From assembly GCF_036365525.1 (NCBI RefSeq), contig NC_090393.1:55876335-55940334 (forward strand): a DNA stretch of 64,000 bases, in the 5' to 3' direction. Source of the stretch: Heterodontus francisci. Lineage: Eukaryota. Position numbers and translations under genes: made by a program. The notes under the pieces were generated by a model. That model did no database searches. It had not been told where the DNA came from and saw only the letters and a list, made by a program, of their open reading frames with translations. Positions 25,947 to 36,434 of this stretch are shown here, piece by piece (positions within the stretch are counted from its first letter, which is position 1; each line of letters opens with the position of its first letter).

Positions 25947-26297
25947 GTTCAAACGCGCAGATTACATTAACTCAACCACAATCGGTAACCGTCGCGCCGC
26001 AAGGAACGATTAGAATCAGCTGCAGCGTGTCTGGTGCGAGCTTGGGAAACTCTAACATAGGATGGTACCAGCAGAAACCCGGGACTGCTCCCCGATTGCT
26101 ACTCTATCATGATCGAAACGGTGATAGCAAAGACTCCGGGATTCCTGATCGATTCTCCGGAAGGAGTCAATCGTCAACCAACGCCGCATATTTGACCATC
26201 AGCGGTGTTCAACCGGAGGACGACGCCGACTATTATTGTGGTTGGTGGAGCAGCGACGTGCTTCACTTCGGTGGAGGGACCAAACTGACTGTTCTGA
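25947..26297 (+). CDS. IGLV: Ig light chain V-J exon, germline-joined, lambda-like
   Basis: (C)[25 protein letters not shown]...[15 protein letters not shown]...GIPDRFSG...[27 protein letters not shown]; both Cys and the Trp intact; no RSS between V and J; donor A|GTAAGT at 26298. Confidence 0.96.
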
Positions 26298-26621
26298 GTA
26301 AGTAACTTTTATTTGATTCATTCTGTACAATGGATATTATTTTTTTCTTTATGCCACACATGTAGTCAAATACATTCTCATTTGGACCATTAATGTAATA
26401 ATATGAAGCAGATGAAGCAATCGATGCTGTATGTTGTAACCAACGTTTAAACAATGGTTTATTAGGGATATAGAACAATCACATTTGCAAATAGTAAAGG
26501 AAAACAGCATTAGTTTAACCCTTCGAGCAAAGATAGTGCACAATAGAATTAATTCGTGGATTGTAATTATCTTTGTTTAAAAACAAAATTGAAAGTGTCC
26601 CACTCATAGCGAATGTGCAAA

Positions 26622-26700
26622 AAGAGAGTCGAAGAGATAGACGAAGAGGTACAGAGAGACATAGAGAAAGAGAGAGCAATAGAGAGAGAGAGAGCGAGAG
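26622..26700 (+). repeat. Imperfect GA-rich microsatellite
   Basis: AGAGAG runs. Confidence 0.7.
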
Positions 26701-27190
26701 GAAGCATATCTGTGCCGCCCTTAATTCCTGGTGCATTGAGAAATTTTAATGTGATCACTGAAGCATGTTGATTTTGAATTTCCAGTGTAATAATCATCAG
26801 GAGCTTCTCTAAAATTCCAAAAGTAACACCGAGTTCAAGACAAACTTTTGATAACCCCAGCCGAAAGGTTTCCTCTGTACACTACGCGTAGCGAAATCAT
26901 TTTAACTTGCGTTAACTTGACGTTGGCTGTTGTCCTTTTTATTTTACCATTTGGACTTTCGATATATAAAAGGTCACAGAGATCTTATGGCTACTATTTT
27001 ATATATAATTTAAGTGCGTGTGTACAGATGTACAGGTAACAAACGATATGGGGAGGCTGGGTTTTTCGCCCTTCTAAATCGTTAAAACTATAAATTAAAT
27101 GTTGGAAATAACTATTTTCTGCCTTCCGCATATTATTCGGTATCAGTGTTACAAAATGATTTTGATTTTAGCTAAAAGTTGAAGCTCTGT

Positions 27191-27206
27191 ATGCAAATAT
27201 TAGCAT
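27191..27206. promoter_or_regulatory. Candidate intronic enhancer: inverted double octamer
   Basis: ATGCAAAT directly followed by ATTAGCAT (one mismatch to ATTTGCAT), in unique sequence 0.9 kb downstream of J. Confidence 0.45.
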
Positions 27207-27579
27207 GATACACACAAAAGGATAACATTTTCACTTCGTTTTTTTCCCGGATTTATTGCGGTGCCGTTGGCGTCAACGCTGTAGAAACGGCGTAAAGCAT
27301 ACTTTACCACCTTTACATATTTTTAATGTAATAGTCTTTAAGGCAGAAACATTTTACTCCTCTCTGTGATCATCATCCCCGAGTTCTTTTGCAGCAGCAT
27401 GTTAGTCAATATTTGAAGATAATGATTCTTCAGAATTAAAAAGTTGTGTGACGCGCGTACTCATCTTAATTTTCTTTGTGTGGGAACATTTCCCCTTTCT
27501 ACTCTATGTAAAGACATAGGAAATCTGTTTATAAAGAAAGGATTTTCCGTGGGTGATGCTGAGAATATCGATTTTAGTT

Positions 27580-30500
27580 TTCATAGAGTCATGGAATGGT
27601 TGTAGCACAGAAAGAGGCCATTCAGCCCGTCGTGTCTGTGCGGCTCTCTGCAAGAGTAACTCATCTATTCCCACCCCCTCTACCCGCCTTTTCCCCTTAC
27701 ACCTGCAATTATTTTCTCTTCAGATAATTATCCAGTTCTCTTTTGAAGGCGTTGATTGAATCTACCTCCACCACATTCTCAGCCAGATTCCACCCACTCA
27801 CTCGCCTTTGCTTCTTTCGCTAATCACCTTAAATCAGCGTCCTCTGGTTCTGAATTCTTTCACCAACTGGAACAGTTTCTTTCCACTGTGTCCAGACCCC
27901 TCATGATTTTGAACATCTCTATCAAATCTCCTCTTAATCTCTTTTCTGAGGAGAACAGCCCCAGCTTCTCCAAGCTGTCCACGTAACTGAAGTTCCCTAT
28001 CCCTGAAACCATTCTCGTGAATTCTTTCTGCAACCTATCCAATGCCTTAACATCCTTCCAAAAGTGTGGTGCCCAGAACTGGACACAGTACCCCAGTTGA
28101 GGCGGAACAAGTGTTTTGTGCAGGTTTATTGTAACTTCCTTTTTTTAAAAACGCTATGCTATTTAATAGGGGAGGTGGTGGCGTAGTGGTATTGTCACTG
28201 GACTAGTAACCTAGAGACCCAGCGTATTGCTCTGGGGACATGGGTTCGAATCCCACCACAGCAGAAGGTGAAATTTGAATTCAATTAACAAATCTGGAAT
28301 TAAAAATGTGAGTCTAATGACGGCCATGAAAACATTTTCAATTGTTGTAAGAACCCATCTGGTTCACTGATGTCCTTTAGGGAAGGAAATCTGCTGTCCT
28401 TACCTGGTCTGGCCTACATGTGACTCCAGACCTACAGCAATGTGGTTGACTCTTACATGCCCTCTGAAATGGTCTAGCAAGCCACTCAGTTGTATCTAAT
28501 GGCTAGGACGTCAATTAAAAGGAATGAAACCAGATGGACCACCCAGCATCAACCTAGGCACCGGAAATGACAACGGCAAACCCAGCCCTGTTGACCCTAC
28601 AAAGTCCTCCTTACGAACATCTGGGGGCTTGTGCCAAAGTTGGGAGAGATGTCAAGCAACTAGTCATGGAATCATACCTTACAGCCAATGTCCCAGACAC
28701 TGCCATCACTATCCCCGGGTATGTCATGTCCCACCAGAAGGACAGACCCAGCAGAGGTGGTGGCACAGTAGTATACAGTCGGAAGGGAATTGCCCTGGGA
28801 ATTCTCAATATCGACTCTGGACCCCATGAAGTCTCATGGCATCAGGTCAAACATGGGCAAGTAAATCTCCTGCTGATTACCACCTACCACCCTCCCTCAG
28901 CTGATGAGTCAGTACTCCTCCATGTTGAACACCACTTGGAGGAAACACTGAGGGTGGCAAGGATGCCGAATTTACTCTGGGTGGGGGACTTCAATGTCCA
29001 TCACTAAGAATGGCTCGGTAGTGCCCCTACTGACCGAGCTGGCTAAATCCTAAAGGACATATCTGCTAGACTGGGTCTGCGGAGGGTGGTGAGGGAAAAA
29101 CATACTTGACCTTGTCCTCCCCAATCTGCCTGTCGCAGATGCATCTGTCCATGACAGTATTGGTAGGAGTGACCATCGCACAGACCTTGTGGAGACGAAG
29201 TCCCACCTTCAGATTGAGGATACCATCCATCGTGTTGTGTGGCACTATCACAGTGCTAAATGGGATAGATTTCGAACAGATCTAACAATGCAAAACTGGG
29301 CATCCATAGGCACTGTGGGCCATCAGCAGCAGCAGAATTGTACTCAACCACAATCTATAACCTCATGGCCCGGCATATCCCCCACTCTACCATTGCCATT
29401 AAGCCAGAAGACGAACCCTGGTTCAATGAAGAGTGCAGGAGGGCATGCCAGGAGCAGCACCAGGCATACCTCAAAATGAGGTGTCAGCCTGGTGAAGCTA
29501 CAACAGAGGACTACTTGCATGCCTAACTGCGTAAGCAGCATGCAATAGATAGAGCTAAGCGATCCCACAACCAACAGATCAGATCTAAGCTCTGCGGTCC
29601 TGCCACATCCAGTCATGAATGGTGGTGGACAATTAAACAACTAACAGGAGGAGGTGTCTCCACAAATATCCCCAACCTCAATGATGGGGGAGCCCAGCAC
29701 ATCAGTGCAAAAGATAAGGCAGAAGCATTCACAACAATCTTCAGCCAGAATTGCTGAGCTGATGATCCATCTCGGCCTCCTCCTGAAGTCCCAAGCATCA
29801 CAGATGCCAGACTTCAGCCAATTCGATTCACTCTGGGTGATATCAAGAAACGACTGAAGGCACTGGATACTGCAAAGGCTATGGGCCCTGACAATATTCC
29901 AGCAATAGTACTAAAGACCTGTGCTCCAGAACTTGCTGCGCCCTTACCCAGGTTGTTCTAGTACAGCTACAACACTGGCATCTACCCAGCAATGTGGAAA
30001 ATTGCCCAGGTATGTTCTGTACACAAAAAGCAGGACAAGTTGAACTCAACCAATTACTGCCCCATCAGTTTACTCTCAATCATCAGTAAAGTGATGGAAG
30101 GTGTCATCAACAGTGCCATCAAGCAGCACTTGCTTAGCAATAACCTGTTCAGTGACATTCAGTTTGGGTTCCGCCAGGGCCACTCAGCTCCTGACCTCAT
30201 TACAGCCTTGGTTCAAACATGGACAAAAGAGCTGAACTCAAGAGGGGAGGTGAGAGTGACTGCCCTTGACATCAAGGCAGCATTTGACCGAGTATGGCAT
30301 CAAGGAGCCCTAGAAAAACTGAAATCAATGGGAATCGGAGGAAAACTCTCTGCTGGTTGGAGTCATATCTAACGCAGAGGAAGATGGTTGTGGTTGTTGG
30401 AGATCAATCATCTGAGCTCCAGGACATCGCTGCAGGAATTCCTCAGGATAGTGTCCTAGGCCCAACCATCTTCAGCTGCTTCATCAATGACCTTCCTTCA

Positions 30501-32710
30501 ATCATAAGGTCAGAAGTGGGGATGTTCACTGATGATTGCACAATGTTCAGCACCATTCAGGACTCCTCAGATACTGAAGCAGTCTGCGTAGAAATGCAGC
30601 AAGACCTGGGCAATATCCAGGCTTGGGCTGATAAGTGGCAAGTAACATATGCGCCATACAAGTGCCAGGCAATGATCATCTCCAACAAGAGAGAATCTAA
30701 CCATCTCCCCTTGACATTCAATGTCATTACCATCACTGAATCCCCCACTATCAACATCCTCGGGGCTACCATTGACCAGAAACTGAACTGGAGTAGCCAT
30801 ATGAATAACGTGGCTACAAGAGCAGGTCAGAGGCTGGGAATCCTGCGGCGAGGAACCCATCTCCTGACTCCCCAAAGCTTGTCCACCATCTACAAGGCAC
30901 AAGTCAGGAGTTTGATGGAATACTCTCCACTTGCCTGGATGGGTGCAGCCCCAACAACACTCAAGAAGCTCGACACCATCCAGGACAAAGCAGCCTGCTT
31001 GATTGGAACCCCATGTATAAACATTCACTTCCTCCACCACTGACGCACAGTGGCAACAGTGTGTACCATCTGCAAGTTGCACTGCAGCAATGCACCAAAG
31101 CTCCTTAGACTGCACCTTCCAAAGCTGCGACCTCTACCAACTAGAAGGACAAGGGCAGCAAATGCATGGGAACACCACCACCTGCAAGTTCCCCTTCAAG
31201 TCACACACCATCCTGACTTGGAACTATATTGCCATTCCTTCACTGTCGCTGGGTCAAAATCCTGGAACTCCCTTCCTAACAGCACTATGGGTGTACCTAC
31301 TCCACACGGACTGCAGTGGTTCAAGAAGGCAGCTCACCACCACCTTCTCATGGGCAATTAGGGATGGGTAATAACTGCTGGCCTAGCCAGCGATGCCCAC
31401 ATCCCATGAATGAATTTCAAAAAAATTATGGAACTCAGGATCCTGTATGATTTATTAACTGCTTTTTCAACCTGCCCTGCAATCTTCAATGATTTGTACA
31501 CATATACCCCCAGATCTTTCTGCTCTGGCACCCCCTTTAGAATGGTACCCTTCAATTTATATTGCCTCTCCTCCTTCTTCCTACCAATATATATCACTTC
31601 ACACTTTTCTGTAATAAATCTCATTGGTCACTTTTTCACCCATTCCTCCAGCCTTGTTCTCTTGAAGTTTCTCACTATCCACCTCACAGTTCATAATACT
31701 TCCAAGCATTGTGTCATCCACAAATTTTGAAATTGTGCCCCATACACCCAAGTGTAGACCATTAATATATATTAAGAAAAACGCCTGGGGAACCCCACTA
31801 TATACCATTCTGCAGTCCAAAAAACAACCATTCACAACTACTCTCTGTTCCCTGTGACTCAGCCAATTTTGTATCCATGCTGCTACTCTCCCTGTTATTC
31901 CATGGGCTTTAACTTTGCTGACAAGCCTGTTAAGTGGCATTTTAACAAATGCCTTTTGGAAGTCCAAATACATCACATCAATTGCATGAACCCTATCAAC
32001 CCTTTCTTTTACCTCATCAAAAAGCTCAAGCAAGTGAGTTAAACATGATTTGCCCTTAACAAATCCATGCTGGCTTTCCTTAACTAATAACATTTGTTCA
32101 AGTGACTATGAATTTTATCCTTAATTATTGCTCCTAAAAGTTTTCCCACCACGGAGATTAAACTGGCTGGCCTGTAATTGCTGGGCTTGTCCTTAAACCC
32201 TTTTTTGAACAAGGATGTAACATTTGCAATTCTCCAGTCCTCTGGCACCATATCTGCATCTAAGAAGGACTGGAAGTTTATGGCCTGTGCCTCTGCAATT
32301 TCCACCATATGTATCCTTCGATGCAGCTCATCTGGTCCTGTTGAGTCTCCAACTTTAAGTACAGCCAGCTGATCTAATATCTGTTATCTCTCAATTTTCA
32401 GACCATCCAGTGTCTCAACTACTTCCTCTTTCACTATGACTTGGGCTGCATCTTCTTCCTTGGTAAATACAGATGCAAAGTACTCATTTAGTACTTCAAC
32501 CATGCCTTCTGATCCTTTGCATAAGTCGCCGTTTAGGTCCCTAATCGGCCCCACTCTTCCCTTTACCAGCCATTAATTATTTATATGCCTGTAGAAAACT
32601 TTTAGATTCCCTTTTATGTTAGTTGCCAGTCTCTAAAACTCTTCTTCCCATATTTGTTTTTTCACTTCCCCTCTGAACCTTCTACATTCAGCCTGGCTCT
32701 CAATTGTATT
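27580..32710 (-). mobile_element. Degenerate CR1 LINE in the J-C intron (27580-28168 plus 31426-32710), split by another LINE
   Basis: QHGFVKGKSCLT, YLDFQKAF, PEDWRIANV, LRGDLIEMFKIM motifs. Confidence 0.85.
28169..31425 (+). mobile_element. Apparently full-length single-ORF LINE (APE endonuclease plus RT, CR1/L2-group) with tRNA-like 5' head; disrupted
   Basis: A box TGGCGTAGTGG 28179-28189, B box GGTTCGAATCC 28243-28253; WVGDFNVHH, SDH, QFGFRQGHS, LDIKAAFDRVWH, FTDD; tail ATGAATGAAT plus A run. Confidence 0.9.
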
Positions 32711-32809
32711 ATTTTGTTCAATAGAAAGACGACAAATTGACAGTAGAGCGTCCGGCAATTCGATTCAAAGAATGTGATTAAATTAATTCATCCTTACTGT
32801 AATTTAAAG

Positions 32810-33252
32810 AAGAAAATGAAAGAAAGATCTTGCATTTATATAGCGCCTTTCGCGGTCTCTGAGAATTGCTTCCCAACAGATTAAGCACTTTTGGAGTGTA
32901 GTCACTGTTGTAATTTGGAAATTCGGCAGCCAATTTGGGCACAACAAGGTCCTACAAACTGCAATGTGATAATGACCAGATCATCTGTTTTACTGACGTT
33001 GGTTGAGGGATAAATATTGGTTTAGACATTCTTCTTCGAAATCATGCCCTAGGATATTTTACAGTCACCTGAGACGGCTATTTCACGACACCTTAACGTC
33101 TCATCCTGACTGCATTTCGTCCATTGTGGCACTCCCTTACGTTGGTAATTGGCATTGGTAGATCAGCCTATAATTTCTGCTCAAGTCTTTGGGTGAGACT
33201 TGACTTGACTCAGAGACTTGACTCAGAGGCCGAGAATGCTGCCACTGAGCAA
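32810..33252 (-). mobile_element. tRNA-derived SINE with Deu-like core and L2-type tail
   Basis: Minus strand GCTCAGTGGCAGCATTCTC head; tail AAGGCGCTATATAAATGCAAG; second copy at 62330-62665. Confidence 0.7.
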
Positions 33253-33334
33253 AGAGTTTCATTATATGTGTGAGCAATATGTATTAACCGATTGCAGTAA
33301 CTTTCTTTAATAAAGACAATCCTTTTCATGACAG

Positions 33335-33660
33335 ACCGAGAGTCCTCCAGCCCTTCGGTATCCCTTATCCCGCCGGCGTCCGATCAGATCTCTGCAGCAA
33401 AGGCGGCGACCCTGGTCTGTTTGGTGGATCATTTTTATCCTGATTCGGTGAAAGTTTCGTGGAGCGTAGACGGCAAGATCACGAAGAATGGTGTCCAGAC
33501 GACTCGAGCTGTGCGGGACACCGATCAGACGTACAGTGTGAGCAGTTATCTGACCCTGACCGCCACCGAGTGGAACTCACATGAAGTGTACACCTGTGGT
33601 GTTACACATGAGTCTATCGGGTCTCAAGTCAAGCAAAGTATCAAGAGATCAGGCTGTTAG
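33335..33660 (+). CDS. IGLC: Ig light chain constant exon
   Basis: Acceptor CAG|AC in phase 1 with J; PSVSLIPP, ATLVCLV, FYPD, W, YSVSSYLTL, YTCGVTH, C-terminal Cys for H-L disulfide; spliced CDS 729 nt = 242 aa. Confidence 0.96.
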
Positions 33661-33840
33661 TGTATTGAAAACCTTGGCGCCTACTTTCATTCCTAGCGTT
33701 TATGGTCGAAGAAGGGGTTTAACTATTCACAATGCGTTTCTTTCTATTTGTAATCGCCTGGCCGAGAATAGTGACTCAAATCTTTTCAGGTTCTGGCAGT
33801 TACCTGAAAAACTGTAATTGTGACATAGAGACATTTGCTT

Positions 33841-33846
33841 AATAAA
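33841..33846 (+). terminator. Polyadenylation signal
   Basis: AATAAA 180 nt after the stop, followed by a GT-rich tract. Confidence 0.75.
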
Positions 33847-34757
33847 TAATTATATTCATTTGTTAGCTGTGGTGTGTTTTGTAAGTGAACCGTTGGGGAT
33901 AAGTGATTCAGTTTAGCACCGATAGCCATTGATAACTATAGCTTTTTAAAGGCATTGCGCTATTGAATATTTTAAATATTCAACTTGATTTGGTGTATAA
34001 TCGTTATTGCATTTTAGTTAATAGCTAGCGCAAGCAGAAACCAAACATAAAATTAACGCAGCCTCACTTTTTCACACAATGGGCATTTAATGTCAACTTT
34101 TTTTTAAATAAACGGTGAGTTTGCATTTAACACTTTTGATTTAACTTTAACATGGATCAAAGCAGGACCTAGAAAATCTATATAAAACAGTAACAGAATA
34201 CAATTAGAACATATGTCAATACTTATATATTCTGTGATTTAGCGTTAACAATCCGATAAATCACAATAATGAAATTCCCTACTATTGTATTTTCCCAGAT
34301 TGAATTTGAACTAGTTTTGTGGTTTAATTTAATTGTGGAATTTGCCCAAAAAGCAGAAAGTTGAAATATTTCCAATGCTGTTTGAAGCCTTCAAATAAAG
34401 CAAGGAGTAACTCACATTTATAGAAGTATCAGAGGCCTGGCCGTCTTTGCATAGATTGTATTGAAATTACGGCCGTTTCTTAAATGGTAGCAACTCCAGC
34501 GTCTCACAGTATTCAACTCTCCCACTTGTAAGCCACTTGTCCCAGAAAAGAACGTGAAATTGCTCGTCTTACCTTCCTATGTTACACTGACGCCGAAACA
34601 ATGCAGCTTCTCATTTATGCATTCTTAATCCTAACTGCAAAATACTGAAAGGCAGGTATAAGAATGGCGTGGAGAAAAATACTTATCGCATTTCCACTAC
34701 AACACCTGAAAATCCTCCTACCCGTATTCCATGTTACCTTTCAGGTTGGCATACGAT

Positions 34758-34767
34758 GGGACTTTCC
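34758..34767 (+). promoter_or_regulatory. Candidate 3' enhancer: NF-kappaB site
   Basis: GGGACTTTCC, exact canonical kappaB decamer; E-box CACCTG at 34703-34708. Confidence 0.45.
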
Positions 34768-35707
34768 ATCCCTGTGTAGGCTTCAAGCCTTTATCGCAAT
34801 AAACAGCCAGTTCTGCATTAAACATCGGGCTCGTCGCCATCAATGGTGTCTAGTCAATAGGTGCCAAATGAGAAAATCGCAGTGCCTTTCCGGCGATGTT
34901 AGGATAAGTTGCCCCGCTGTGTGCGATGCCCCATAACACTCCAAGAACTCGACGTTGCTCTAAGATGACTTCTTGTATATCCCAAAACTCACTTCGCCTC
35001 ACCACTGGCAGCTGTGCGTTCAGCCCTCGGGGCTCTGTGGGCTAGAATTCCCTTCCTAAACCTTTCCACTTGCCTTTCCGTTGTTATGAGCTTCTTTCAC
35101 CCAAAACCAAATTCAATCCCTATCTACTGGAAAATACTGCTGAACGCATTAAACCAACAACAGTCAACCCTCGAGTGAACGTGTGTGTGTGTATTCGCCA
35201 GCGTGTGACCACTGTATCAACAGGTCAGTCACACACAGCTTTATTTTTTTTTTGGATAACTTTGCACAGTCTTTATTCTGTAAGCTTTAATATTACAGAA
35301 GAAACAATACAGCATAAAAAAGCGTGGATTATAGGTTTGACTTATACTGTATCAGAAATAAAAGACACGAAAAACTGTATTGAGGTTAGATTAAAAATTT
35401 TATTCACGAGCTGTGTTGGAATAGATTAGCTGTAAGAAATTACTTAGGATGTAATGATCATATATATACCTTCTAATTAACGTCTTTGGATGAAATAATT
35501 TAAGATTAATTAACACTGAAGTTTCAACACCGCCAATCCTTCGATCGAAGATTACTTAAAATTAGCACGTCTTAAAGGAGGATGTTTCAAATACAATTGT
35601 GTTTTTTTTAAATATCCGAAGTGCAATAAATTTCTACCCGCTTTATGACATTAAAAAAATGAATAGGGATGAAGAAACTTTCTCAGCGGGTGAAGTCAGT
35701 TTCCGAA

Positions 35708-36434
35708 TCAGACACTGCTGAATCTCGCGATACTTCTTTGACGCGGGTTTGCTAGAGTCCCGTGTTTAATCACAGAGGATTAAAACTCGTGTGAGTTCCA
35801 CTCTGAGGCTGGCAGAGTCAGATAACTGCTCACACTGAACGAGTTGTCCGTTTCCTGCTGGATCCGACTAAAAGGCCAACCTCAGGTCACGAACAAAAAC
35901 CCGAGCCGAACCCGACCCGCCTCAGTCCCTCCATTTTTTCCCGCGCCCGACCTGACTCCGACCTGAGCCCCACCCGACCACCGGAATGTTCACTTTACAT
36001 TCCTACTCCCAATCTGCAGGAAGCTGCAGCATGAGCGTGATGACGTCATAAAGATGCTCACTCGCTCACTGCGCAGACTCAGAGTTTCCCTCCTTGATAT
36101 CCTGGACTCCCAGCTCAGGTAGTCTTTTCAACTTTTGACACCTGCCAGCAGAGCAAAATGCTGTGCGTGTCCGACCCGGACCCGAAAGCCGGACCCACAA
36201 GAGCGACCGACCCGACCCGAACCCGACACATGTCGTTGGGTCCCGTCAGGTTCGGGTCAGGTAGCAGGCCTTTAATCTGATTGCTCTCAACACCATTCGC
36301 TCTCACGCTGCCATCTACAGTCCACTCAATCTCCACAGCTCCCGGGTTAAAACCGCTCACCAAAAACACCGCGTTCTTTTCTGTGATTTGATCAAATGAA
36401 GCTGGATGGAGGGAGACCAATGATTCCTGCGGAT
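35708..36434 (-). pseudogene. IGLC: Ig light chain constant pseudo-exon, shark type II (lambda) sequence
   Basis: LVSGFNPGAVEIEWTVDGSVRANGVE[MITE]SRIQQETDNSFSVSSYLTLPASEWNSHEF*SSVIKH; all three Cys lost, 3-codon deletion, internal TAA. Confidence 0.92.
35870..36274 (-). mobile_element. hAT-type MITE (same family as 12482-12956) inside the C pseudo-exon
   Basis: Minus strand starts TAAAGGCCTGCTACC; 8-bp TSD ATCCGACT (35862-35869) / ATCTGATT (36275-36282). Confidence 0.88.

Noticed and set aside
26250-26270. Residual RSS at the V-J junction
   Set aside because: No CACAGTG/CACTGTG or nonamer present.
26027-26305. ORF-track start MSGASLG as gene start
   Set aside because: Internal GTG codon; the true start is the spliced leader at 25780.
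28169-28260. tRNA gene
   Set aside because: A/B boxes belong to a retroposon head; no cloverleaf or terminator seen.
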